Assembly (NCBI GenBank): GCA_963748625.1
Contig: CAVVJT010000007.1
Span: 64,001 to 128,000 of the forward strand
Direction: 5' to 3'
Source of the DNA: an uncultured Chloroflexia bacterium
GTDB lineage: Bacteria > Chloroflexota > Limnocylindria > Limnocylindrales > CSP1-4
Length of the DNA: 64,000 bases
Shown piece by piece: positions 42,175 through 51,483 of this stretch (position 1 is the first letter of the stretch; every line of letters starts with the position of its first letter). The notes under the pieces were generated by a model. That model made no database searches. It worked only from the letters and a program-made list of their open reading frames with translations, and was not told the DNA's origin. The translations under genes and the position numbers were made by a program.

Positions 42175-43305
42175 ATGACCTCGACGCCTGGGCACCCATA
42201 TCGAAACGTCCCGATAGCGCGGCCCGATATCGGCCCGCGCGAGCGCGAGCTCGTCGCCGAAGTGCTCGCAAGCGACGTCCTCGCGATGGGCCAATTCGGG
42301 CAGCGCTTCGAGGCAGGGATTGCCGCCGTTGCCGGTCGAGTTGAGGGCGTTGCCTGCTCAAGCGGCACGGCGGGCCTTCACCTCGGAGTCCGCGCCCTCG
42401 AGATCGGCGAGAACGACGAGGTCATCACCACCCCGTTCAGCTTCGTCGCCTCGGCCAACTGCCTGCTCTACGAACGCGCCGTACCGCGGTTCGTGGACAT
42501 CGAGGAGGAGAGCCTGGGCATGGACCCCGGCCAGGTGGAGGCGGCGGCCACCGGCCGCACTCGGGCCGTCCTGCCGGTGCACGTATTCGGCCGGCTGTGC
42601 CAGATCGACCCGATCATGTCCATCGCCCGGCGGCGGGGCTGGTCCGTCATCGAGGACGCATGCGAAGCTCTGGGCTCGTCCATCGGCGACCGGCCGGCCG
42701 GAAGCTTCGGCGACATCGCGGTGTTCGCCTTCTACCCGAACAAGCAGATCACGACCGGCGAGGGTGGCGTGGTAGTGACCGATGATCCGACCCTCGCCGA
42801 GACGATGCGCAGCCTGCGCAACCAGGGACGGGACGCGGACGGGACCTGGCTTCGCCACGTCCGCCTCGGTTACAACTACCGCCTGGATGAGATGTCGGCC
42901 GCAATCGGCGTGGCGCAACTTGAACGTCTCGAGGAGCTTCGTGCCGGACGCGCCCGAGTCGCGGCCACATACGAGCACGAGCTCGACGGCAACGACTGGG
43001 TCAGGCTACCGAAGGCGGGCGCCGACGAACGCGTGGACTGGTTCGTGTACGTCGTCCGGCTCGACGCGGAGATCGACCGCGATGTCCTGATCGGCCGGCT
43101 GGCCGATCGAGGCGTTGCATCGCGGCCGTACTTCTCGCCGCTCCACCTGCAGCCGTTCTACCGCAGGACCTTTGGGTTCAAACCGGGCGACTTCCCGATC
43201 ACGGAGCGGGTGGCCGCGTCCACCTTGGCCCTGCCGTTCTCCAGCCGGCTCGCGGACGACGACGTCCGATACGTTGCGGCGGCACTGTGCGAGTCAATAG
43301 GGTGA
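42175..43305 (+). CDS. DegT/DnrJ/EryC1/StrS sugar aminotransferase
   Basis: SSGTAGLHL, IEDACEALG, FAFYPNKQITTGEGG, GYNYRLDE. Confidence 0.95.
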   Translation: MTSTPGHPYRNVPIARPDIGPRERELVAEVLASDVLAMGQFGQRFEAGIAAVAGRVEGVACSSGTAGLHLGVRALEIGENDEVITTPFSFVASANCLLYERAVPRFVDIEEESLGMDPGQVEAAATGRTRAVLPVHVFGRLCQIDPIMSIARRRGWSVIEDACEALGSSIGDRPAGSFGDIAVFAFYPNKQITTGEGGVVVTDDPTLAETMRSLRNQGRDADGTWLRHVRLGYNYRLDEMSAAIGVAQLERLEELRAGRARVAATYEHELDGNDWVRLPKAGADERVDWFVYVVRLDAEIDRDVLIGRLADRGVASRPYFSPLHLQPFYRRTFGFKPGDFPITERVAASTLALPFSSRLADDDVRYVAAALCESIG

Positions 43306-44534
43306 CACCCGCCGCACGGTCGCCAGCGATCGTTGTCTCCGGCCACACGATGGCCCTGGCCGTGGTGCGGGCTCTCGGTGAAGCCGGCGTGCCCGTCGTT
43401 GTGGCGCACTACGACGCCCGCGACGTCGCCCAGACATCACGTCATGCGATGGCCGCCATCCGCGTACCCAACCCAATGTTGGACGAGGCAGGGTTCATAG
43501 ACGCGCTCGCAGCCCGCGGTCGCGAGTTTGGCGGCTCCGTCCTCTTCCCCGCATCTGACGAGAGCACCGTCGCGGTCTCCCGCAACAAGTCCCTCCTCGA
43601 GAAGCACTTCACGGTTGCATGTCCCGCCTGGGCGGTCACCGAGCGCTTCATCGACAAGTCGCGGACATACGAGATCGCCGCAGCATGTGGCGTGCCGACG
43701 CCACGAACCGTGACCCCGACGTCCGAGGCACACCTGCGGAAAGAGGCAGCGAGGATCGGGTACCCCGTGCTACTGAAGCCCGCGGAGAGCCACCGCTTCT
43801 ACGAGCGGTTCAAGCGGAAGATGGTCCGTGCCGATACGGAGTCGGAACTGGTGCACGCCTACCGTTCGGCAGTCGAGGCGGGGCTCGCCGTGATGGTCCA
43901 GGAGATCATCCCTGGTGCCGACCACACCGTCGTCAACTACAACGCCTACTTCTGGCAAGGCCAGCCTCGTGTCGAGTTCACGGCACGTCAGCTGCGGAAG
44001 GCACCTCCTGCGCTTGGGTCGCCGCGTGTCGCGATCAGCGAGCGGATCCCCAAGGTCCTCGAGCCGGGCAGAGAGATTCTTGCCGCCCTCGGTTTCGAGG
44101 GCTTCGCGTGCACCGAGTTCAAGCAGGACAGCCGCGACGGCGTGTTCAAGCTGATGGAGGTCAATGGGCGGCACAACCTTTCCGGGTTGCTCGCGGTCCG
44201 CAGCGGGGTCAACTTCCCCCTGCTTCACTACCGGCACATGGCCGAAAGCATCGAGCCAAGCGCCGCCTCGTTCCGGGCCGGAGTCTACTGGACGGACATG
44301 TTCCGGGACGCCGGGTACAGCCTCGCCTACCTCCGATCGGAGCGCTATCGGCCGTCAGACTACCTCGCCCCCTACGCGCGGCGGCACTGCGACGCGATCT
44401 GGGACCGACAAGACATGGGCCCATTCTGGGCGCGTCTCGGCTACCTGGCCCGGAACTCAGGTGCAACGGCACGAGCGGCGGTCGGTGCGCCGGCGATGGC
44501 GAAGCATCCCGACGAGAAGAGGGAGAGGACATGA
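43302..44534 (+). CDS. ATP-grasp carboxylate-amine ligase (D-aspartate ligase-like)
   Basis: VRALGEAG, DKSRTY, YPVLLKPA, VQEIIPG, EFKQDSRDG.FKLMEVNGR. Confidence 0.85.
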   Translation: MTPAARSPAIVVSGHTMALAVVRALGEAGVPVVVAHYDARDVAQTSRHAMAAIRVPNPMLDEAGFIDALAARGREFGGSVLFPASDESTVAVSRNKSLLEKHFTVACPAWAVTERFIDKSRTYEIAAACGVPTPRTVTPTSEAHLRKEAARIGYPVLLKPAESHRFYERFKRKMVRADTESELVHAYRSAVEAGLAVMVQEIIPGADHTVVNYNAYFWQGQPRVEFTARQLRKAPPALGSPRVAISERIPKVLEPGREILAALGFEGFACTEFKQDSRDGVFKLMEVNGRHNLSGLLAVRSGVNFPLLHYRHMAESIEPSAASFRAGVYWTDMFRDAGYSLAYLRSERYRPSDYLAPYARRHCDAIWDRQDMGPFWARLGYLARNSGATARAAVGAPAMAKHPDEKRERT

Positions 44535-45424
44535 CGGTGGAGACGAGGCACATCCTGTGCAGCGCGTGTGGTGTTAACCGTTTCGTTCCCCTGTCCTCGG
44601 TGGACGGATGGACGATCGGGCGCTGCGGGGCCTGCGGCCTCGTCTACGTCAACCCGTCCGCATTCTTCGAACCCACGGAAGCGTTCTCCGACATCTCGCG
44701 CGGGTTCGCATACACCGAGTACATGCACCAGCCTGTCACCCCCGCGATTCTGGAGTTCGAGCGACGACAGCTGCTCGCGAACGCGGGCGAGCTTGCGCGG
44801 CTCGCGCCGGCGCCACACCTGTCCGACGGGCGCCTGCGATTCCTTGACCTGGGCTGCGGGTCCGGTGCCTCGGTACGTGCCGCGACGGATCTCGGGTGGG
44901 ATGCGATCGGGGTCGACATCGATCCTTTGCTCGTTCACGAGGGCAAGGAGTCGCTCGGCGTCGACCTGCGGTGTGTCTCCATCCTCGATAGCGGCCTTCC
45001 GGCCGGCGGCTTTGACTTCATCAAGCTCCGCGACGTCGTCGAGCACCTGCCCAACCCACTCGAGGTCCTGGGGATGGTCGCCCGGCTGCTCGCGCCAGGT
45101 GGCACTGCGCTTCTCGTCACACCGAACGAGGGTGGCCTCGCGACCCGCGCGCGCGTCGCGCTACGGCGTCGCCCCTCCCTCGTGGCCACTGTTCCGCCGC
45201 CGCACCATCTCCACTCCTTCAATCCGGACACGCTGGTGCGGACGATGTCCCGGGCAGGTCTCACGCCCGTGGGCACGTTCACGACGAGGCCAACCGACTG
45301 GCGGTACGTGACATCCAGCAACATGGCCCGGGCGCACAGCCGCCCTGTCCTGCAACCCCTCTGGCGGATCGGGCAGGCACTTGGAATGGGGGCCGTTCTC
45401 GTCAGTTGGGCGGTCCGTCAGTAG
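44531..45424 (+). CDS. class I SAM methyltransferase with N-terminal Zn ribbon
   Basis: CSAC...CGACGLVYVNP, LDLGCGSG, DVVEHL, LAPGG, PHHLHSF. Confidence 0.88.
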   Translation: MTVETRHILCSACGVNRFVPLSSVDGWTIGRCGACGLVYVNPSAFFEPTEAFSDISRGFAYTEYMHQPVTPAILEFERRQLLANAGELARLAPAPHLSDGRLRFLDLGCGSGASVRAATDLGWDAIGVDIDPLLVHEGKESLGVDLRCVSILDSGLPAGGFDFIKLRDVVEHLPNPLEVLGMVARLLAPGGTALLVTPNEGGLATRARVALRRRPSLVATVPPPHHLHSFNPDTLVRTMSRAGLTPVGTFTTRPTDWRYVTSSNMARAHSRPVLQPLWRIGQALGMGAVLVSWAVRQ

Positions 45425-45455
45425 TGGCGTCGTCCCGGTTCAGGCGAGCGGTCGA

Positions 45456-46133
45456 ATGACCTCTCTCCGGATACGGCTGGCCATCAAGCGGGGAATCGAC
45501 ATCGGCGGGGCGGCGTCAGCCCTGCTGGTGCTCTCGCCTGTGCTCGCTTGGGTCGCGCTGCTCGTCGCGGTGACGCAGGGTCTGCCGATCCTCTTCCGGC
45601 AGCGACGTCCGGGTCTTGGCGGAGCGCCGTTCGAGATCCTGAAGTTCCGGACGATGCGCGCTCCGCGAAAGGACGAGGTCTGGTACCTCACCGATGATGA
45701 GCGCGTTACGCGCGTGGGGCGGTTCCTGAGAGCTACGAGCCTCGACGAGCTCCCTGAGTTCTGGAACGTCCTCCGAGGCGACATGAGCCTCGTCGGTCCC
45801 CGTCCGCTGTTGATGGAGTACCTCGCAGAGTACTCGCCTGAGGAACAGCGGAGACACGACATGCGCCCCGGTGTCACGGGCTGGGCCGTGGTCAACGGGC
45901 GAAACCTCCTCGTGTTCAGGGACCGGCTGGCCCTCGATGGCTGGTACGTCGATCATTGGAGTCTGCGGCTCGACATCCGGATCCTCCTGATGACAGTCGC
46001 CCAGGTGATCAGGCGCCAGGGCGTGACCACGACAGAGGACTTGGCACTCGGGTTCCCCCTGCCAAGCACCGGACCCGATCCGACGACCCCCGGAGCAGAT
46101 GACCCAGCCGTCGTGGAACACGTACCCGACTGA
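45456..46133 (+). CDS. initiating phosphoglycosyl transferase (PglC-like sugar transferase)
   Basis: KRGIDI, KFRTM, SLDELP, GDMSLVGPRP, RPGVTGWA.VNGRN. Confidence 0.93.
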   Translation: MTSLRIRLAIKRGIDIGGAASALLVLSPVLAWVALLVAVTQGLPILFRQRRPGLGGAPFEILKFRTMRAPRKDEVWYLTDDERVTRVGRFLRATSLDELPEFWNVLRGDMSLVGPRPLLMEYLAEYSPEEQRRHDMRPGVTGWAVVNGRNLLVFRDRLALDGWYVDHWSLRLDIRILLMTVAQVIRRQGVTTTEDLALGFPLPSTGPDPTTPGADDPAVVEHVPD

Positions 46134-46150
46134 GCAGGGCACGCACTCCT

Positions 46151-48133
46151 TCAGGGCTGGTCGATGGCGTATCGGAGGCCGACGACGATGTCCCGGTCAA
46201 ACGTTCCGGAGAACGTCGCCGTCGCCCCGGCCACAATGAGTTCCGGGCTGGCTGCAGTGATCCGGTAGCCGTCGGGCACCAGGATGCTGAGCGTGAGCGG
46301 CCCGGCCAGCAGGCCAGGCTGCTTCTGGATCGTCAGGCGGTACGTGCCGCCTTCGTCGTCGGCCTCGGCCGCGTATGGGCTCGTCCACGCGTACGTGAGG
46401 CTGGTGCTGCCGGGAGGCACCTGGAGGTACGCCCCGATCACCATCCTGCCGGCCTCGTTCTCGACCACCGCGGGATCGCTCAAGGGCATGGCTCCGCCGC
46501 CGCTAACAGCGCCGACTCGGCTGCGCTCGGGGACCACGACCCTGGAATACATCCCGAGAATCCGTCCACCGACGTTCTCCAAGGCCATGATGGCGTCTCC
46601 GGCCGCCGAGTCCACGGCGTTGTCCCAGGTCACCTGCAGCGAGTTGCTCGCATTGCCCACGGCGTCGAGGCGGATATCGAGATCGAGTGACCGAGTGGTG
46701 ACGATGTTGAGCTTCGACACGGGCGCCACGTTCGAATCAACGAGGTACACGAAGTCGCCGGCATCGTCTCGGACCGCGCCGGAGAAGCCGCCGCCGGCGA
46801 CCGCTGCCTGGTCTGCGGCGTCGACGAACCACGCCTGGAGGAGCCGATCCCGCCCGAGTGTCTCAACGGTGCCGACCAGATCGCCCCAACTCTGTGATGG
46901 CAGCGCCAGCATTGCCGCGACGAGACTATTGGCGAAAGCGAACAGAAATGCCTTCGCGTTCTCGCCCGGCGTGCGGGGAACCCGCGTGCGCTCAAGAACG
47001 GTCATCGTCGTCTCGCCTGGGGACACGGTCGTATCGAATCCGGGTACCGCGATCGGACCCGTGGCCTTCAGCAACTCGTCGATGGTGAAGGTGGTGATAG
47101 CGAGGACGCCGTCGAGGTCGCCATCGCCACTCTCGTTCGTGTAGAGGCGCAGGGCGTCCCTTGCGCTGGTGGGAAAGTCGGGTGACCAATTCGCGTCCGC
47201 GAACTGCCAGGGCTGCTTCGGTCCAAGCAGATAGTCTGCAAGCTCGCGGGGCGGGTCGATCCATGGGTAGTCAAACGGGAAGTCGAGGGGCCCGGTGTCC
47301 CGGAACCGGAGTTCCACGATCCGACCGCGGTCGAAGCCGACGATGGCGTACGTACCGAGGAATCCCCCAGTCGGACGCAACTCGGCAGGGTCCTGTGTGA
47401 GGACCAGGTAGCGCCGTGGTCCATCCCAGCCCAGGATGGACGGCAGCCGGGCGCTGACCTCGACGTAGGTGTCGAGGAGCGGGCCGTACGTGTCGATCCG
47501 CGCCGTCATCGCATCGCGGACGCTCTCCACCTGGCCCACCAGGCCGTCCGGCACCGCGGCAAGGTGCTGCCGGGCGCTCGCGACGGAGGCAGCAGCCGAG
47601 CTGACGCTGTCGCGGGTCGTGGCCATCAGCTCCACGAGCTGCGAGAGCGCGGAGGCGCGCGCCGGATCCGTGGCCTGCACGTCACGGATGTCGACGAACC
47701 GGCGCCCGACGACCAGCCCCTCGCCGACGGCATCAAGCAGGTCGCCGGCCGCAGCCACGACATCGTCCGCGCCACGCACGTTGGCGGCGGTGGGCGGGAG
47801 CGCGCGGGCGACCGCAACGAGTGGGTCGGTCGCAAGGAGGCTCTCGAGGCGGTCGAAGCGCCCGCGGGCCGCGGCCAGGTCGGCGTCAAGTGCGTCCATC
47901 GTGGCCCCGTCGATCCCCAGGCCGGCCTCCTTCACCCGGTCGACCATCGTCTCCAGGTCGGTCCGGAGCGCGCGCGCCTCGTCGAGCGCCGGCAGGTATC
48001 GGAGCGTGGCAAGGCCCGCGCCTAGGGCGAACGCGAGCACGAGGACAAGAGCGATGCCGCCCAGCACCACCCGCCGCCGGGGCCGGCCCCATCGCCGCGG
48101 AGCAGCCTCCGGTGCCACGCCACCCACGCTCAC
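46151..48133 (-). CDS. DUF4012 domain membrane-anchored protein
   Basis: N-terminal TM, helical region, RRYLVLTQDPAELRPTGGFLG, DANWSPDFPTSA, YRLTIQKQPG. GTG overlaps the sortase stop. Confidence 0.85.
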   Translation of the reverse strand: MSVGGVAPEAAPRRWGRPRRRVVLGGIALVLVLAFALGAGLATLRYLPALDEARALRTDLETMVDRVKEAGLGIDGATMDALDADLAAARGRFDRLESLLATDPLVAVARALPPTAANVRGADDVVAAAGDLLDAVGEGLVVGRRFVDIRDVQATDPARASALSQLVELMATTRDSVSSAAASVASARQHLAAVPDGLVGQVESVRDAMTARIDTYGPLLDTYVEVSARLPSILGWDGPRRYLVLTQDPAELRPTGGFLGTYAIVGFDRGRIVELRFRDTGPLDFPFDYPWIDPPRELADYLLGPKQPWQFADANWSPDFPTSARDALRLYTNESGDGDLDGVLAITTFTIDELLKATGPIAVPGFDTTVSPGETTMTVLERTRVPRTPGENAKAFLFAFANSLVAAMLALPSQSWGDLVGTVETLGRDRLLQAWFVDAADQAAVAGGGFSGAVRDDAGDFVYLVDSNVAPVSKLNIVTTRSLDLDIRLDAVGNASNSLQVTWDNAVDSAAGDAIMALENVGGRILGMYSRVVVPERSRVGAVSGGGAMPLSDPAVVENEAGRMVIGAYLQVPPGSTSLTYAWTSPYAAEADDEGGTYRLTIQKQPGLLAGPLTLSILVPDGYRITAASPELIVAGATATFSGTFDRDIVVGLRYAIDQP

Positions 48134-48855
48134 GGAGCCGGGTGCGCGATGACGATGAACCGGGGCGAGGTCGGGTGGTACGAGGTCGAGGTCTGCAGCG
48201 TCAACTGCTCGGTCTTCGTCGGCCGCACGTACTTCATGGCATCCCACGGGACCTTCGGGATGACCTCGTCCACGACGTACCGGCGCGCCGTCCCGTCGGC
48301 CAGGTCCAGCTCGATGACGTCGCCCACCTGCGCCTTCCACAGGTTGATGAACATCCCCTTGCGAGCATGGCCGTAGATATAGACGTTGGAACCGGCACCG
48401 GGCCACGCGGAGCCCGGGTAGTGGGCCGCCTTGTCGATCGGGGCGTCGATGCCATCACCCTCGACGATCCGGAGGTCGATGTCGAGCCGCTCGATCCGGA
48501 TCCGCTTCGCCTTGATGCCGTCGCCGGCAGCAGCGGTCGTGCTCGCGGACGGCTCCGCAGCGCCCGTGGCGTTGATCGAGCCCGTTGGGGTGAAGCTGGG
48601 CGCGGGGAGCTCGCTCGCGACCACGGGCACGAGGGACAGGTCCGCGTAGGCGGAGGTCGCCGCGGCGTCGGCGGTCGTCGATCCGGGCGTCGACGCCGTT
48701 CCGTCGGGCCCTCCGAGTCCGCCGAACGTGATCGCGAGACCGGCGATGATCGCAACGGCCGAGACAGCGAGGGTCGCGACGAGGACTGCCCTCCGATGCC
48801 GACCGCCGCTCGAGGAGGGCGGCGGCGAAGAGGTCGCGACGGGGCGCCCGGCCAT
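48130..48855 (-). CDS. sortase-family protein with Ser at the catalytic Cys position
   Basis: N-terminal TM, IRIERLDIDLRIVEG, AAHYPGSAWPG..NVYIYGH, GDVI, LTLQTS, PRFIVIA. Confidence 0.85.
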   Translation of the reverse strand: MAGRPVATSSPPPSSSGGRHRRAVLVATLAVSAVAIIAGLAITFGGLGGPDGTASTPGSTTADAAATSAYADLSLVPVVASELPAPSFTPTGSINATGAAEPSASTTAAAGDGIKAKRIRIERLDIDLRIVEGDGIDAPIDKAAHYPGSAWPGAGSNVYIYGHARKGMFINLWKAQVGDVIELDLADGTARRYVVDEVIPKVPWDAMKYVRPTKTEQLTLQTSTSYHPTSPRFIVIAHPAP

Positions 48856-48902
48856 GTCAGAGACTGAGGCAGTAGGTGGCCGGCCAGCCTGTCAGCCCGA
48901 CG

Positions 48903-49436
48903 TCAGGCCCAGCGCCGGAGTGCGATCGCGCCGCCGAAGAGGCCCGCAAGCACCAGGAGCAGGCCGACACCGACGGGCACACCACCTGCAGGCGCATCCC
49001 CCGGCAGGGTGGACGTCCGCGGCAGGCCACCGCACACCTGGGTCACGACCCCCGACGCGCTCACGTCGCCGGTTGTGCTCCCTTCGGCCGCGGTCACGGT
49101 CGCGCGGATCTGCCGCTGACCGCTGACAGCCCCCAGCGTCACGGTCGTCGTGGCGATGCCCTGCGCGTTCGTGACTGTCGGCGTCTTGTTGATTGTGTCC
49201 GACGCGGACTGCGTCGTCACGAAGGTCCAGGCCACCGACTGGTCGGCGACCGGGGCCCCGTTCGCGTCCAGGATGGTGGCGGTCATCGTGAACGGCTGGC
49301 CGCACGTGATCGTGCCCTGTGCGGCGACGCCGACGATCGCCTCGACCTGGCCCGTGTACCCGAAGGCGGTCGCAGTCGCCGTCAGCAGGATGATCACGGC
49401 CGCCAGACCGGCGACCCACCGAGTCCGGGCCCTCAT
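48903..49436 (-). CDS. Ig-like (Big_1-type) surface protein with C-terminal sorting signal LPRTS-TM-RR
   Basis: Signal peptide; TATILDANGAPVADQSVAW..TNAQGIATTTVTLG; LPRTS at 49011-49025, hydrophobic helix, ALRRWA tail. Confidence 0.82.
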   Translation of the reverse strand: MRARTRWVAGLAAVIILLTATATAFGYTGQVEAIVGVAAQGTITCGQPFTMTATILDANGAPVADQSVAWTFVTTQSASDTINKTPTVTNAQGIATTTVTLGAVSGQRQIRATVTAAEGSTTGDVSASGVVTQVCGGLPRTSTLPGDAPAGGVPVGVGLLLVLAGLFGGAIALRRWA

Positions 49437-49730
49437 CTCGTGCTCTCCCATCGCCGCGCGGTTGCGCTTGGCCGCGGAGACCTGTCGATCCACGGGTCTG
49501 GGGACGCAGCCAAGTCGTACGTCGGCCGCTGCCGACGCCGCGACACGCCGGATCCTACGCTCGGACGGCACCAATGGGTAGTACCTTCGGCCCCCTACTG
49601 AGCGTGCAGATGGTGCGCGGCGGCACCGGTCTCGGGGTCCCGCGGCGGTCGCTGCAGCGCGGCCCCCTGCTATCGTGGAGGCGCAGGCTTCCGTCCGGCC
49701 GAGCGTCGCAGCATGGAGCGCCGACGTCAG

Positions 49731-50363
49731 GTGATCGACCCAACCGCGCGCGTGCACCCGACAGCAGACCTGGAGCCTGACGTCTCCGTCGGCCCGGGGA
49801 CGAGCATCTGGAACCGCGCCCAGGTTCGGCGTGGTGCCTCGATCGGCGCAGAGTGCGTGGTCGGCCGCGACGCGTTCATCGACGAGGGCGTGGTCATCGG
49901 CGACCGGGTCAAGATCCAGAACGCCGCGCTCGTCTACCACGGCGTGACCGTGGAGGACGGCGTGTTCATCGGGCCGAACGCGATCCTCACAAACGACCGG
50001 TTCCCGCGCTCGATCACGGCCACCGGCGAGCTCTCACGGGCGGACGACTGGGTCGTGAGCCCCATCCGGCTGCGCACCGGCGCGTCGATCGGCGCTGGGG
50101 CGGTGGTGGTCGCCGGCAACGACGTCGGACGCTTCGCGACCGTGGGTGCAGGCGCCGTCGTCACCCGCGACGTCCCCGACCATGCGCTCGTCGCCGGCAA
50201 CCCGGCCCGTCGTCTCGGCTGGGTGTGCGCGTGCGGGCGACGCCTAGTGGACGATGCCTCGGACCCGTTCGGGGCAACCTCGTCGGGCCGCGCCGTGTGC
50301 CCTGCGTGTGCGACTGACTACCACGTCGAGGGCGACCGCTGCGTCGCCGCAACCAGGGGGTGA
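49731..50363 (+). CDS. hexapeptide-repeat N-acetyltransferase (WbpD-like)
   Basis: IGDRVKIQN, VFIGPNAILTND..PR, GASIGAGA, GAGAVVTRDVP..LVAGNPAR; C-terminal Cys cluster. Confidence 0.9.
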   Translation: MIDPTARVHPTADLEPDVSVGPGTSIWNRAQVRRGASIGAECVVGRDAFIDEGVVIGDRVKIQNAALVYHGVTVEDGVFIGPNAILTNDRFPRSITATGELSRADDWVVSPIRLRTGASIGAGAVVVAGNDVGRFATVGAGAVVTRDVPDHALVAGNPARRLGWVCACGRRLVDDASDPFGATSSGRAVCPACATDYHVEGDRCVAATRG

Positions 50364-50367
50364 CCGC

Positions 50368-51483
50368 GTGATCCCGATCTCGAAGCCGGACATCGGGACG
50401 GATGAGGAACAGGCCGTCCTCGAGGTCCTCCGATCCGGGATGCTGGCGATGGGCCGCCGGACGGCCGAGTTCGAGGAGGCGTGGGCCGCCTACTGTGGCG
50501 TCAAGCACGCGATCCTCATGGCGAACGGCACGGTCGCCCTCGAGGCGATCCTGAGGGCGATGGGGATCGGCCCGGGCGACGAGGTGATCACCGTCAGCTT
50601 CACGTTCAACGCCACCGTCAGCGCGATCCTCCAGGTGGGCGCCCGGCCAGTGTTCGTGGACATCCGGGCCGACGACTTCTGCATGGACCCCGACCTCGTC
50701 GAGGCGGCGATCTCGCCCCGCACAAAGGCAATCATGCCGGTCCACCTGTACGGCCTGATGGCGGACATGGACCCGCTCATCGCCGTTGCCCAGCGCCACG
50801 GGACCCCGATCATCGAGGACGCGGCCCAGGCACACGGCGCCACCCACCACGGCCGACGGGCGGGGCAGTTCGGACCCGCGATGTTCAGCCTGTACGCGAC
50901 CAAGAACCTCATGACGGGCGAGGGCGGCTTCGCCACGACCGACGACGACGCGCTGGCCGACCGGATCCGCCTGTACCGCAACCACGGCATGCGGGTGCGG
51001 TATCACCACGACGAGCTGGGCACGAACTTCAAGCCGACGGATCTCGCGGCGGCCCTGGGACTCGCCCAGCTTGCCCGCCTGGACGAGCGCACCAAGCGGC
51101 GCGCCGAGAACGCCGCCCGCCTCGCCGACGGGCTCCACGGCTACCTCACGCCTCTCGTCCCCGACGGGCGTGGCCATGCCTGGCACCAGTACACCATGCG
51201 CTTCCCCGGCGAGCGCCAGCAGGTCATCGACGGCCTCACGGAACGAGGGATCGGGACGCTCATCTACTACCCCATCCCGGTCCACCGCCAGGCCTACCTC
51301 CAGGCCTTCGTGCCCGGTGCGGCCGAGCTCGACCTGCCGGTCACGGACCGCCTCGCCGACGAGGTGCTCTCGATCCCGGTCCGGCCGAACCTCACCGAGA
51401 AGGAGCTCCAGGCCGTGATCGACGCCGTCCGCGAGGTCGCCACCCCGGTCCACGAGGGCACGACCGCCGGAGCCGGGCGATGA
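50368..51483 (+). CDS. DegT family aminotransferase (WbpE-like)
   Basis: NGTVALE, PVHLYG, IEDAAQAHGA, FSLYATKNLMTGEGG. Confidence 0.93.
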   Translation: MIPISKPDIGTDEEQAVLEVLRSGMLAMGRRTAEFEEAWAAYCGVKHAILMANGTVALEAILRAMGIGPGDEVITVSFTFNATVSAILQVGARPVFVDIRADDFCMDPDLVEAAISPRTKAIMPVHLYGLMADMDPLIAVAQRHGTPIIEDAAQAHGATHHGRRAGQFGPAMFSLYATKNLMTGEGGFATTDDDALADRIRLYRNHGMRVRYHHDELGTNFKPTDLAAALGLAQLARLDERTKRRAENAARLADGLHGYLTPLVPDGRGHAWHQYTMRFPGERQQVIDGLTERGIGTLIYYPIPVHRQAYLQAFVPGAAELDLPVTDRLADEVLSIPVRPNLTEKELQAVIDAVREVATPVHEGTTAGAGR

